Assembly: GCA_028534125.1 (NCBI GenBank) | Contig: CM052817.1 | Span: 52,206,001-52,270,000, forward strand | DNA from: Lama glama | Lineage: Eukaryota | Direction: 5' to 3' | DNA length: 64,000 nt | In this document: positions 38,090-51,177 of the stretch, one piece after another | How the letters are laid out: the number at the start of each line of letters is the position of its first letter | How positions within the stretch are numbered: position 1 is the stretch's first letter | The notes under the pieces: generated by a model | What the model was told of the DNA's origin: nothing | The model's input: only the letters and a program-made list of their open reading frames with translations | The model's database searches: none | Position numbers and translations under genes: made by a program

Positions 38090-39540
38090 CATCCCTCAAA
38101 CGGTGAGAAATAAAGTGCTGTCTTTTTCTGATCCTGCAACTAAACAGGAAGCTCAGAGACTGGTAAGACTGTACAGGTATTGATGAACTGTATTCTCATA
38201 TAGGAATACTACTGGGTTCTATTAAAAAAAAAAGAGAAATATGAAATTAATAAAGTCCTGAGAAGAAATTGTAAATGATTTCCAGAAGATTGTGGCTCAG
38301 GCTGAGTCACTCAACATTACAGCCTATTTGCTCAAATTATTTTAAAAGTGTTTGAATTTAGACCACAAGCCTTTAGTCTAAGACAATCAAATACTGTAAT
38401 TTAATGAAGACTACTAGAGTTTTAGACTCAAAAGTGCTTAATGCAGCACCTTGATATATACCCTCTAAAAGGAAATTACTAGCTTGTTATTGAGTGTGGA
38501 AATAGGCTGCAATCAAGGAAAGACGTAAAATTATTCTGGGTAATGCTGAAAAAGGGTTGAATAGAGACAGATTAGTTCAGTAGAGCTTACTGATAAATTG
38601 GAAATGGCATATTCAAGAGTATTTCACAGGGGAATTTCAGGAGCAGTTCATCACATATGTGCACAGGCTGCCTCACTGTTTGTGTGGTCAAGCATGGAGC
38701 ACTCCAAGGGTCAGCCCACCCCCTTTGCTATTTGTGTACTCTGAACCCTATACATTTCTCCCAGTCAAGCCAAAACTTGCTACTTGGCTCACCAGTACTC
38801 ATTCCTAAAGTGAAAATTGTGAATTGTAATGAATCTGTAGAAGATAAAACTGGTGGGAAAAAAAATGAGAGTAAATCTACACAATGGGCAGAGTTAGAAG
38901 TCATGAGTGTACTTAGGAATTACCCTCCTGCCTAGGGAGCATAGTCAGATATTGACACACCATTAGGCAGAATCAATGACCTCATAGTATGTTCAGGCAA
39001 ATGGGTCTTAGATGATTGGTTAATTTTTAAAAAATACTCATGTAGAATATTCAGTTAAGGAAGTCCCTATAGAAATAGAAGAATAATCAAGTATATGCCT
39101 ACCATAAAGACCAGTTGCTGGCTTAGAAAGAGATTGGGGTGATAATGAAAGTGCTTTATTCAGACCTCTAAAATTAACCAACTTGGTTCATAAAATGACA
39201 GGTGTGGGCATGCTCAATCCACATACAGAGAGAGCAAATGGCAATCCGTTCTTTGTGCACCTGGTGAAACCACTAATGTAGTAAGGAACTACATGCAATA
39301 TCCACAGAGAGGAAATACTTGAAGCTGGCTTTAGCAGAATTCTGTCGAACAACGGTTAACAAGTAGATGACCTAGAAGTCCTTACCTAAGAATGTTTTAG
39401 CAGATCTCTTAGATTGTTCTATTTAAACTGCTTATGGTAAATTAACTTGGATTAATGGGATGCAGCTAGCCGGAGAATAGAGTTACACACACAGACTCTC
39501 TACCTGCGTGCCTACTGAAGTATAAAAACTAAAGCTCCAA
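38090..39540 (+). mobile_element. ERVL-class (class III) internal pol remnant: RT thumb, tether, RNase H, start of integrase
   Basis: Decayed peptides IPQTVRNKVL...PATKQEAQRLV, NAAP*YIPSKRKLLACY*, SLLINWKWHIQE, KSTQWAELEV and NDLIVCSGKW. These correspond to ERVL pol motifs IPSKVKDKLL..TKKEAQRLV, YTPFEKQLLACYW, IIKWKWYI, KSSQWAELRAV and NGLAGWSGTW. Confidence 0.85.
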
Positions 39541-40015
39541 ATCAAATGACTTCCTCTTAGCTAATGTGATGAACACATAGCACTCTTCCATATTCTGGAA
39601 ACAAAACATGTAGTTATGCAGAAAAAGATACATTTCTTTTTTTTTTTTAGAAGCTATATTTTATTGCTTGGATGTCTTCTAAGAGATGGCACTTTCTGCT
39701 TTCATCTTTTGCTAATAATGAGTAAAATTTGGTGTTGGGTAACAATTGAGTGAGTTTGCCTTTTTAATCAATTCTTACTAATACTATTATGTACTTTTTA
39801 TTTAAAACATTGGAAACTTACTCAAAAACTGAGATACTACAGATTTTCTTCCACCTTATTCAAATGGCACATGGTGTTAAGTCTATGATTTATTTTGAGT
39901 TAGTTTTTGTGAAAGGCATGAAGTCTGTGAGGTTTGTGTATTTAATATGGCATAATCATTTTTTTTTGTCCATTGCTAATGCAAATTATTTCTCTGAATG
40001 ATCTCTGTCTCTCTC

Positions 40016-40102
40016 TTTTTTTTTAATGGAGGTACTGTGGATTGAACCCAGAACCTCATGCATGTTAAGCATGTGCTCTACCACAGAGTTATTTCCCTAC
40101 CC
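40016..40102 (-). mobile_element. vic-1-type SINE (short copy)
   Basis: 'ttttaatggaggtactgtggattgaacccagaacctcatgcatgttaagcatgtgctctaccacagagtta' is the reverse complement of the 10497 element head. Confidence 0.9.
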
Positions 40103-40754
40103 ATGTCTGTGTGTTTAGAAGCTCAAAAACCATTTGTTGAAAAAAATCCTTTCTTCATTAAATTGTCTTTGTGTCTTGGTCAATATCAGGTGACTTAGAT
40201 ACTTTTTAAAAAAATGTTTGATAGATTTAATCTGTAATATCAACTGGGTATGGAATTCTCATCATGGAAAGACTTTTGAGAAAAATTTTTATCCTTTTTA
40301 AAATACAGAATTGTTTTTTATTTTTTCATATCAGTTTTTGCAATTTGTTCTTGACAAGGAATTTATAATTTAAAAATGATAATATTTAGCATAAAGTTAT
40401 ATCTATTCTTCTATTATCATTTTAATATCTGTAATAGTTTTTTTTTTTAATTTGATTTTTTATTTTGTATGATCAGTCTTGCTAGGAGTTTATCAAAAAT
40501 TGATGTTTGGCTTTCCTGTTTTTCTCTATTTGTGTTTCTCTTTATTGATATATGATCTTATGTTTACTACATTTTTTCTTCTCATTAAATGAATAGAAGA
40601 ACTTAATTTGTTTATTACTTAGGTTCTTAGTTAGAAGATTTTATCATTGGCTTATATCATTCTCTTATTAAGTTTATAAAGCTCTATGTTTTATTCTAAG
40701 GACTTTTAAAATTACTACCCATACCTATTGATACTTTTTAAAATTGTAATTCAA

Positions 40755-40932
40755 CTCTCTGCCCAACTGTCATCATGACACCATCATGAACATGAGCCAT
40801 GTGCAGTCCGTCAAGCTGGCCAGGGTCACCAAGGTGATGGACCAGGTCACACGGACAATGCATGTAGGTGCATGCAGAATTCATGGATGACACAAATTGC
40901 TCAATCATCTGCAACATGAAAGGCCCATGCAC
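40755..40932 (+). pseudogene. RPS28: Processed pseudogene of 40S ribosomal protein S28, 3'-truncated
   Basis: From ATG 40786: [18 protein letters not shown], a frameshift, then GQCM*VHAEFMDDTNCSIICNMKGP, versus RPS28 [49 protein letters not shown]. No introns. TAG at 40865-40867. ctctct TOP-like start at 40755. Confidence 0.93.
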
Positions 40933-41015
40933 AATTGCTACCCAAATATCTGAGTATTTTCTAGCTATCTTAATACTTATCTAGCTATTGGATTCCAATT
41001 TGATACAGTTATGCT

Positions 41016-41482
41016 TGTTGGAAAGCAAATCTTCATGGCATTTCTTCAAGTCTTATGTCAGGTTTTCTTTTCAAAGATGTTTTCACAGAAGATACTTTTG
41101 AAAGGTAGAGATAGTGTTTCCCTCAAGGTCAGAAGGTAGATTTGTTTCTTGACAAGAATAGTAAAGACAATGTCACTTTCTTGAGGGAGGATGGACAATC
41201 CTTTTATAAGACTGAGAGCTGTCTAAGCTCAGTGGTTTTCAGCCATGATATACACCTTTGTGATCAGTTATACCTGGACCTGCTGTGCGCTGTCCGTCAG
41301 GATTTGGGGGGCAAAGAATACAAGCGCAAACATGATTCTCCTCCTGCCTGGTGGGTGATGAGAGTCCTTTGAGGTCTATATGGTTCCATTATCTCCTTAT
41401 GGATCAAATTTGTGGAAGTATGGCAAACCAAGTTAGTAGTTGCAGTAGTCACTGCTTCTTGGGACTTCTTGATTACTTGACA
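41016..41482 (+). mobile_element. ERV solo LTR (LTR47-like)
   Basis: TG...CA ends, interrupts the L1M, GC-richer. Contains 'agagatagtgtttccctc', 'aagacaatgtcac' and 'ttataagactgagag'. Homologous to 24130-24447. Confidence 0.75.
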
Positions 41483-42919
41483 GAAACCTAATTCTATATG
41501 ATTACAATCTTTTGAAACTTATCTTGGTGAACATACTATGTGGCTTTAAAATAATGTATATTTTGCTATTGTTGGTTTTAGTGTTCTATAAATATTATTT
41601 AAGTAAATCTGGCTGGTGTTGTCATTCAAATATATATATATACAATTTACATATATGTAAAATATATACTATATATAGTAAACTTTTTTATTCTACTTTT
41701 TCTATCAATTCCTGGGAGAGAGTTGTTAAAATTTTAAATACGATCTTGGGTTTGTCTGTTTCTCTTAATTCTATCAATTTTTGCTCCACTTATTTTGAAG
41801 ATCTATTCTGATTTGGATACATTTTTTAAAGATTTCTTTTTATTAATTGGCCCCCATAACCAATTATACCTCTTTATCTCTGGTGATACTATTGTTATGG
41901 AAATACACTTCGCACATTTTAATAGTCACACCAACTATCCTATGTTCATTGTCTGTATGGTATATTTGTTTTTCATAGTTTTGCTTTTAATCTATATGTC
42001 TTTATGTTTGAAGAGTTATTTTTACAAGCAGTATGCAATTGTGACTTTTTAAAAAATCAAGTTTAATGGTATTTGTCATTCATTTGTTTTCAATTTGTCT
42101 CTTCTTTCCTTCTTTTTTCCCACTGTTTTCTCCTTTCCTGGTTTCTTTTGGTTTAACTAATGTTTGAGTTTTGCAGGTTATATAATTCTGCACTTTTCTG
42201 TGTTTGTGATTTTTCTAGATACAACAAGTGCATCTTTAGAGTATTCCTGTTTATGCTTAAATATTGTGTTACTTTAATAAAACCATGTCTGAGCATTTCA
42301 GCATTAATTACACTTTCTTTTGGCATGTGTGTTCTTGTTGGTATATATTTTACTTAAACATAGATTATAGACCTCGCAAAATATATTATTATTTTAGCAG
42401 AAAAGAAGCAACATTATTTTAGCAAAGTTAATTATTATTTAAAAAATCTTTTATATTGACCCACTTCTTTACTCTTTCTGGTGCTCTTCATTACTTTCTG
42501 TAAATTCAGGTTTCTTTTTTTGTTATCAATTTCCATTAACTTGAAGTGCTTTCTTTATTATTTCATGTAGTTTAATTTTTCTGGCAATAATTTCTCAGGC
42601 TTTTTCTTATCTAAACATGTCTTTATTCCATATTTTTAAACCATCACTGGATATAGAATTCGTTTGCCATTTTAAAAATCTACATCAACGTTTAAAAAAT
42701 ATGTTCCTTTGGCTTCTGGCCCTATTTCCTTTCCTAGGAGAAATCAACTGATGTTCTTTTTATTGCACTGTGATATAAAATTTATATTTTTCTCATGTTA
42801 CTTTTAAGTTTATCTGTAAGTGTTTTTTTTATCAGCTTTATGCTAGAAACTGAAAAGAAGTGGAACAAACTGGGAATTTCTTAGGAAATATTATTAGTAT
42901 CATTTTATCACCATGAGAA

Positions 42920-42942
42920 TGTGTGTGTGTGTGTGTGTGTGT
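42920..42942. repeat. (GT)n microsatellite
   Basis: Direct reading. Confidence 0.95.
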
Positions 42943-44229
42943 TTAGAGGTGTGACTGGTGTAAAAGGAGAGATCAAGAATGCATTAAAGCTTTTATTTTT
43001 CCTTGTGTAAAAGAGATAATGACAATTACTATAATAGGGAGATGGTAACATTTTGTGCTATGGGAGTAGTAGATGAAAAGAAGATTAATCATTATTATCT
43101 CAAAGGTAAAGGCATAACTAATTCATATAGGAATTAATACAATCTCTAGATTATAGTATAATTCAGTAATATGCCAGAACTCAATATTCAATCTTTTTTT
43201 GTGAGCATAGTTTGTGTATTTCCACCCTGTACAACTGCATTTTCAGTATACTTAGCCATTACATTTAAAATTCTTTCCTTATTAGAACATTTGCTGAGCT
43301 GAACTTAATGTCAACAAATTACTGAAATTGTTTCTTACAGGGAATTAGTCTTGGAGAAAGCAAATGTGAAAGGTTTTGGTGTCAATCACACCAGGTAATT
43401 TGACACCAAATTCACAGTGCAAAACTATTTTCATACATTACAAAGTACCACAAAGAAAATAACAAATGAACATAAATTTTACCTTACACCACTCGTACTA
43501 TTTCATTTAGGCTTAATTTTAGAAATACGATTCTACCCAAGAGTAGAAGTTGTTCTGTTTAAATATGTATGTGGATTTTATAGTTATAATGAAATAAAGT
43601 GTCAACATAAGCATTCTAAAACATGATTAATGATACCTATTACTATTACAGGTCTGTATGCTAATTAAGAATAAATAATAAATCAGTCATGTAAAAACAA
43701 TGTGCATTATTCTTAAAATCAAAACTACATTTGGTATTTCCACTATCTTGTTTATCTATTTAAAAGACTTCTCATTTAAAAATGAGTTTGGTAACTTTTA
43801 CTAGATATCAATTCCCAAATTAACATTTCTATGGTATAATACACCAGTACTGTTTATTTGTCATTATTCTCAAAAATTCTCTATCTTGAATCTCTATGCT
43901 TAAGTTCAAAAGAGTGATATCTTGCTTTTAAAATACTGAAAAATCTTTACTTCATCCTGTTTTCTGCTAATCCACTTAAATCTAAAATTTCCTTAGTTAT
44001 AGACATATAATTCTTTTTTCCTATATTTGATGGAGACTTTGAGTCAACAGAAATTCCTTTGCATGATACTGTTGAAATTCCTTTATGACTGGGAAACTGG
44101 AGGTGAGATTGTGGCTATTAAGTCAATGTTGTAAGGTCATTTATCATGGCATTTAACAAATTATTATTAGACACCTGCATTGAACTGGATTCAGTAGTCA
44201 TTAAACATATATATTTGTCTTTTCTAACA

Positions 44230-44645
44230 TATTCATCCATTCATTAAAAAAATAATTAGCAAGAACCCTCTATGTGTAGGGACTGTTCTAAGAACTAGGT
44301 TTATAAGTGAACAAACAAGACAAAATCTCTGTCCTAATGGATCATGAATCTAGTGGACTAGGGATAGAAAGATAACTTAGATACAGAGATAAACAGAGTG
44401 ATAAGTTCTATGAAGAAAACTTAAGCAGGACAGGAGTTTGGAAAATGACTCTGTATTTATTTAGATGGTGTCATCAGAAACAGCTTTACAGAGGAAGTTC
44501 AGATATTTGGACTAACAAATGTAAAGAAAGTCATAGAAATCTGTAAGGAACAGCATAGAGATAATCAAACCAAGAGTATAGAGTTCTAAGATGAGTGCAA
44601 GGAGGCTAGAGTGGCTAGAAGCTTATGAATGAGGTAGAAAGTGAC
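44230..44645 (-). mobile_element. L2 3' region
   Basis: 'attcatccattcatt...ctctatgtgtagggactgttctaagaactagg...gtgaacaaacaagacaaaatctctgtcct'. Confidence 0.8.
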
Positions 44646-47464
44646 ATTCAACATCATGTAATCTCATTCTTGGTCTTCTACTCAAACTCCTCCAAAATTT
44701 CAACACTATTTTTTCTCAAAGTTAAAGCTACAAAACCCCTACGATTCTGCCCCCAGTGAATTTTTTTTTTATTTAAGTGACACTATTTTCAATGTGTTCT
44801 CATATCTGTGGGGAAAAATATTAACAAGAGAAACTGAGAGTGTTGGCTATGTGGTTTAAATGTAGCTAGACTCTGCTCTACCTGGTCAGACACCAGCTAT
44901 GTTCTTGTTTAACCTCATTTTCTATAGTTGCAAGAATGTAAACATTCTATAGCTTCTGCCTCATTATCTTTTCTTTTTCTCCTAGTACCTTATTGATTTT
45001 GTTTCCTGATTATATTGACTTATCATATTCTATTGGTAATAACCTAACTCAGAGTATCTCCAACTATACATAGCCATATAGTTACAGCCTTATAATTCAT
45101 GCAGATTTCTAGAACAGTTAAATAATCCAAGTGGTAATTTAGGCCATCTTGTAGAAGAGATTGGTTCAAGGTTCAAGTTGATCAAAAAGAAAGAATATAA
45201 TGAGCTTGACTGAGATAACTGAGAATAATATTTGTATAAACATGTAGTAATTGAGATTACCCAGTAAGCTAATACAAGTATTATTTATGTTACCTGAAGA
45301 AGCTCATTCTTTTCATGGCTCTGAATTAAGCTTTACTGATTAAGGACAAATCAAGGTCATCAGCTGATCTACCTAGTAAGGCAGAATTTCACATACCCCA
45401 GCACTGAATCAGAGAAATAAAGAGTCATGGGAGCCCTTCTAGTCCTATCATTTTTAATTCATTCTTTTAAACACATATTTATTGATCTCTTATCCTGTGA
45501 CAAAGAACTTTAGTCAACCAACTTATTTAGATTTAAGCAGTTATAAATTTTTTTATGCATTTATTGTTTATATTGGCATAAAAATCCTGTACAACATTAT
45601 TTTAAATGTGCTAATAAAATCTAAAGGCCATATTGATTTGATGCCCATAATCATCCATTTTTTCCTTAAAGGTTGAGCAACCCTTCTCTAACAGTTGTAA
45701 ATTTCCTTTTCCTTTTCTTGTGAATTGATATTTATTCCATTTTCTCCAAATACTAATGTAAAAACTATTTTTAGTTAAAATTTTAACATCTGAATTACTT
45801 AAAAAAATCTTGTTGTCCCATTGTTTTATTCATTAATGACCTTTTAAATTCTTATCCCATGCGTTATTATTAATACACAGCTGATAAACACAACACATAT
45901 AATACAAATCATGACAGAATTTACTAAACCTAAAGTGGCTATTTAATGGCAATTATAACTCTTTTTCATTTTCTTCAAGTTACCTTTTCTAGAAAACCTA
46001 CAGTTAGACAGCTAAAATAGATGTTTAGAAAAATAAAATTCGAAGACAAAATGACCATGTGAAATTGAAAAACATATTTAAACATTTTATTGTGGACTAT
46101 AAAAAAACCTTTGTATTTAAGTCTAATATAAAATGCCCTAGTTCTTAAGAATAAATTATCTCATAAAGGCACACTAGATAGGAATATGACATCTAATTAT
46201 TGTTATATATAGAAGAGTGATTTTATTTCATGCTTGAAAACTAAGCTCTAGGTTATATATTTGACAATATCTGATAGCACACCAAGATCTGAAAGGGATC
46301 AGTTAATGCTAATTAAGTGAAGCTACTTTCCTGAAGTTCAAGACATTGTGACTTGAACTGAACTTGGCAACACTTGTAATATCCCTATACATAAAAAGAT
46401 ATTTTGTTCTTAAAAGTACAATGTAAATGGCATTATGAAAATTGCCAACAAAAAGAAAGAGAACTATTGAGTCACTGGTAGATATGGGAATCATAAATTT
46501 TAACAACAGTGTGTTAAAGTGCATTATTTGTAGAGGAATCACTTAACTATTCAATTTAAGTTAAGCTAAACCTAATAAGCATGTGTTAAGAATGAATTAA
46601 TATTGCTAGAGGTAGTTAATAAATGATAAAGAATAAATAAGACGTCTATCTCAAAGTTTAAAAATGTATTTGGAATAGTTAATAAAATTAAGCAAACATT
46701 CATAAAAACTTGTATTATGAGTCTAAATAAAAGAAATATAAAGCACTAAGTTAGGATCTATGTTAAGTTATTTTAACCTGAAGATTTAATGTTGTTTTGA
46801 TATAATTAAATGTGGAACTTGTCTTTTTTCTCCTTTAAATCAAGCATGAATGATGATAAAAAAGACCAGGACACAGGTATATGAGAAAACTTACTAAGTT
46901 TTAAGTGATTGGGAATGATGAGGATGAAAAAAAAATAGTCTTCATAGCAAATTGTTATTTTACAGCACACTTTTTTACATACCTTGAATATTATGATTTT
47001 AAGATGGACAAGTAGATAGGTAGAAGGATGACAGATTGAAAACCAGATATAAAATTTGTTGATTGGATATAATAGGGCATGACTACATTTAATATTTATT
47101 ATTGATACTTAAGGAGTAAGGTGTTCAAGACAATAACTGGGATGGAAGAGGTGAGCTGATTAAATAAAACACTGTCATTTTTCCTTCTGCCTAGTGAGAG
47201 TAGCAATGAATTAAAATTATGTTACACCTTTTTTGGATTCAAATTATATTTTTGTGGGCTGGACCTTTAGAATACCTGGTATGGTATGTTGTTGGAAGTA
47301 TAAGTACAAATGTTAATCTCATGTAATTCCCCTCCACCATGTAATATAGCAAATTTTATTTTCACTTTGCATTGGACATAGTCATAGAACTTTAGAAATT
47401 TTTTGAGGTTTGCACACATGTATATTGACTAGTATATTGACCAAGTTAACCTTAAACTTTGAAT

Positions 47465-47588
47465 TTTGTTTTTTGGGGCAGTAATTAGGATTATTTATTT
47501 CTTTTTAACGGAGGTACTGGGGATTGAACCCAGGACCTCATGCATGGTAGGTATGTTTGCATTCTACCACTGAGCTATACCCTCCCCC
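47465..47588 (-). mobile_element. vic-1-type SINE with imperfect TSD
   Basis: 'gtaattaggattatttattt...ggaggtactggggattgaacccaggacctcatgcatg...ctaccactgagctataccctcccc'. Flanks aagttaaccttaaactttg / aagcaaactttaaactttg. Confidence 0.92.
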
Positions 47589-49921
47589 TTAAGCAAACTT
47601 TAAACTTTGGATTGTCAGTTTGCTGCTGTATCATGTTCACAACAAGAGAATATTAATATTAGTGTATTATGATCAACACTAATGTTTTAAAAGCCCAATC
47701 AAAATAAAGAAAAAAATTGCCCCACTATCTTAATGTAAGAAAGCAAGGCTGGGAAAATAAGTAAAGCGATAAGATATTCCTAAGTTATTTTGATTAACAA
47801 AATGTATAGATGTCAAATGGCAGTTTGGAAATAACCATCAAGGGACAGCATTTTTCCCTCAGGTGTTACCAAGATGTTCTTCCTCAGCTGGTCTGCCATT
47901 CTCTTCATTAACTAGCTAAATGGGAAGTGTAGAAATTTGAGTTGCCAAGCTCCACCACAGACAGAATTTTGTTGTCCAAATGTCCTCAGCAGTGAGTCTG
48001 TTTATCTTTTATTTCATTAGATGTGGGACTCCAGTTCTTCAAGAGTTCTAGTAAACAAATTTGCCAAGCCTATTGTTTAAAAAAGTACTTTTGAAATTCT
48101 TGATTGGTTTCTTCTTTTTCGCATCAAAGACCTAGGATAATTTTTTCCAGAATAACGTCAATCCAAATCATTTGTTGCAGAAATCACATCGGTGCTCCTA
48201 ATTTTAAACTGCTTTGAAAATCATGCATTTACATGAACTCTAACGCTAATGTGGTTTTCTGAGAATTACTGACTATAGTAAGCAGTGTGATACGATCTTG
48301 TGAAGTTTAATTCAGTTGCCCAGTGAAATAGCACAGATTGAATTATCCATCCTTGGCCCACTGTTTTAATTGCAGTTACTTTTTGAGAGCTGACTAAATT
48401 TTTGTACATATAATGTTGGACAGTTATCATTCCTTTCATTGCTGATAAGAATATTGGTGATTATATGTATAGCTTACATCCATTAGAACTAGAAACTGAT
48501 AAAACAAAGCAGTGAAAGATAAAACCAAATTTCCATGACCTAGTTTGGCTAGCCCATGTTAAATGACAAATATTCGTTTTGCCTTAGAGCAAGGCTAAAT
48601 GCATTTAGTTGCTACCTCAGGACACCAGTAGTAACGATGGCTGATATTGGACCATAGTTTTATTATATGCATTTTTTCTTGTATCTACTTACTCTTGCTT
48701 TCTTTTTCTTTTTTCCTTTCATTCTGATGATGATTTAGTCCTGTAGGTGACATCTCTAGACAGGGGTCACTCAGAACTAAAGAACTTGCTGATCCTATCA
48801 AAATCAGGAGACTAACTGAATAATTACTTCCAGGACTCAAAACTTTGATCTAGACTGGAAATTATTAAAATAACATGTTGTTTCAAGGAAGCAGTTAATT
48901 GTTTATAAATTATTATGTATTTTTGGTGTGGATTTACTTTTAGTCTTTATATTAGTAAATATATACCTTCTGCTCTCCTTAAGAAGAATAAGTATTGATA
49001 ACATTTGTTAATCCCTTATGCTCCATATCCCTTTGAGAAATATCTCCCAAAATAAAATGGATTTATTTCATGCAACAACAAAATGCTGACAATATGTTTT
49101 ATGTGCAAGACTATTCCACAACATTTCTCTATTTCTCTTCTCTGATACTGTTAAATGTGCTTTCATTCTTAGAACAAGCTTCGATGAATTTTACACTTAC
49201 CCTTATACCTTGAGTATGAGGGCAATCTGGACACATTCTCTCTTATCCCATATGGATCAAGTCTGGACTCATAGCCCTCCCATGTTATTCAGTCACATTC
49301 CACAGCAGTCCCCAAAACAGGAGTATTTCCTTCCAAATTCTCCTGTAATATTGAGATTGCCATGACCCTAACCCTACCTCCATAATTCAATGAGCAATAT
49401 CATAAGTGCATTCTGGAAGGCCTGCATGACCCCAGGTCCTCTTTTTTTCTCAAACTTCATATTAACCCAACTTTCTATTGCACTGACTTCCATATTTGAA
49501 TCTCACTTACACTCCTTTACCTTGGAGTTTCTGTTTTGGGAAAAGGTACACCATGCCCACTGGCCCTATAGTAATAAAGACTCAAGATTGAATAGAAATA
49601 AATGCCTATTATCTTCATCTATATGTTCTCAGGGTAAAGGAGAGGAAACTAAAAATGAAACATTGTATTTTTTTCAGCATGTAGTATAGTGTTAGGTAAT
49701 GTGCCAAATGTTTGATGACTATATCCTTTCTTCAAAATCATAACGGAAAATATTTGCTTTTGTGGGTAAGTTACTGGATGGTACCTCCAAGAGATAAATT
49801 AAAATACAGGGTTTGTTTTCTGTTTATTTATTCAAACCATATATTCATTTTATAAGTAAATATTCATTGAAAATGTTTAAGTGTAAAGTATCCTGTGGGA
49901 AATTGTTACTGAATTGCATCT

Positions 49922-50286
49922 TGCTATGGATTAAATGTTTGTGTTCATTGAAAATTCATATATTGAAGTTCTAATCCCAGTATGATGGTTTTGAAGGTGG
50001 GGCCTTTGGGAAGTAATTAGATCATAAGAGTGAAGTTCTCATGAATGGGATTAGTACCCTCATAGGAAGAGACACTGGAGAGACAGTCTCTTTCTGTTGG
50101 TCACATGAGGCTACAGCAAGAAGGCAGCCATCTGCAAACCAGGAAGAAGACTCTCATCTGACACCAAATGTGCTGACAGCTTGATCATGAACCTCCCAGC
50201 CTCCAGAACTATGAGAAATAAAAGTTTGTTGTTGAAGCCACCAGTTTATGGTATTTTTGTTATAGCAGCCTTAGCAAACTAAGACA
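49922..50286 (+). mobile_element. MaLR solo LTR (MLT1A-like)
   Basis: tgctatggattaaatgtttgtg...ggtggggcctttgggaagtaattag...cccagcctccagaactatgagaaataaa...actaagaca. Confidence 0.92.
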
Positions 50287-51177
50287 TATCACTTGTCATT
50301 GTAGAGGATGTGATTTTTAGGCATTATCATTAATATTTGAATATATTGTTTAATAATACTTCTAAATACAACCAAACTAGTATGAATTCTTCTAGAAAAA
50401 GATAAGGAGGTTAGTTCACATTGAAAATCACACAAACTATAAAATAATTTTTGCCAGTGGACATTGCTTAAAAGTCCATCATTCCTATGTCTCTTTCTAA
50501 ACCTTGCTGATTATGACAGACAAAACAACCATGCTGTAGGAATGGAACAGATAAGACACAGCTGAAGTCTTTTGGGCATAAATATTAGATCAACCATCCT
50601 TGGCTTGCTTGGTTTAAGTAAAGGTTCCTTTACTAATTTATTTAAAATTGATAATTTTTTGGATGCTTGAAAGAGCTAATAATTAAAGTTGTACTTCAGC
50701 ACAGGGTTCATTAGCTTAAACAAGAAGAGATAAAGGCAAATATGCTTCCTGTAGTTGGTTCATCTTTATCACTAAAATCGTTCAATCTGATTCCTAATTT
50801 TTGGAGCTAATGTTTAATGCAGTACATTATTTCTAATCAACGTTCATTGACTTTTATGATAAAATCAGAGCAATTAGACAGATATAAAATGAGGATCTGC
50901 AAGGACTGGATAAGAGGAAGGCAAATTAAGAAAAAGATGTAGACAGAAAGAAGAACAATTTGAAAAAGGACCAATCTTAAAAAACTATAGAAAATTACAA
51001 AATAAGGACAAAGAAATGAAAGCAAATGTAGACAAAAAAAAAAAAAAGGAAATTGCATAGAAACAAAGACAAAATAGTTGAGAGAATCTCAAGAGTCAGG
51101 TTTCTAAACAGCAAGCTCTAACTACTTGTCTTTTTGAATGTCCCGGAGCCTTCATTCTTCATTTTCCTTAGGATTAA

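Larger units (their letters stand above)
39865..42840 (-). mobile_element. Fragmented old L1M, host of a SINE, the RPS28 retrocopy and an LTR
   Basis: Antisense L1 phrases throughout ('taagtctatgatttattttgagttagtttttgtgaaagg', 'gatcagtcttgctaggagtttatcaa', 'ttctatcaatttttgctccacttattttgaag'). Confidence 0.75.

Noticed and set aside
40738..40932. 64-aa minus-strand ORF
   Set aside because: Antisense shadow of the RPS28 pseudogene.
46335..46360. Short hairpin agttcaag...cttgaact
   Set aside because: An 8-bp stem is expected by chance in 64 kb; too short for a pre-miRNA.
48720..48795. C/D-box snoRNA-like pair (atgatga ... ctga)
   Set aside because: No terminal stem, no recognisable guide sequence, and such boxes occur by chance.
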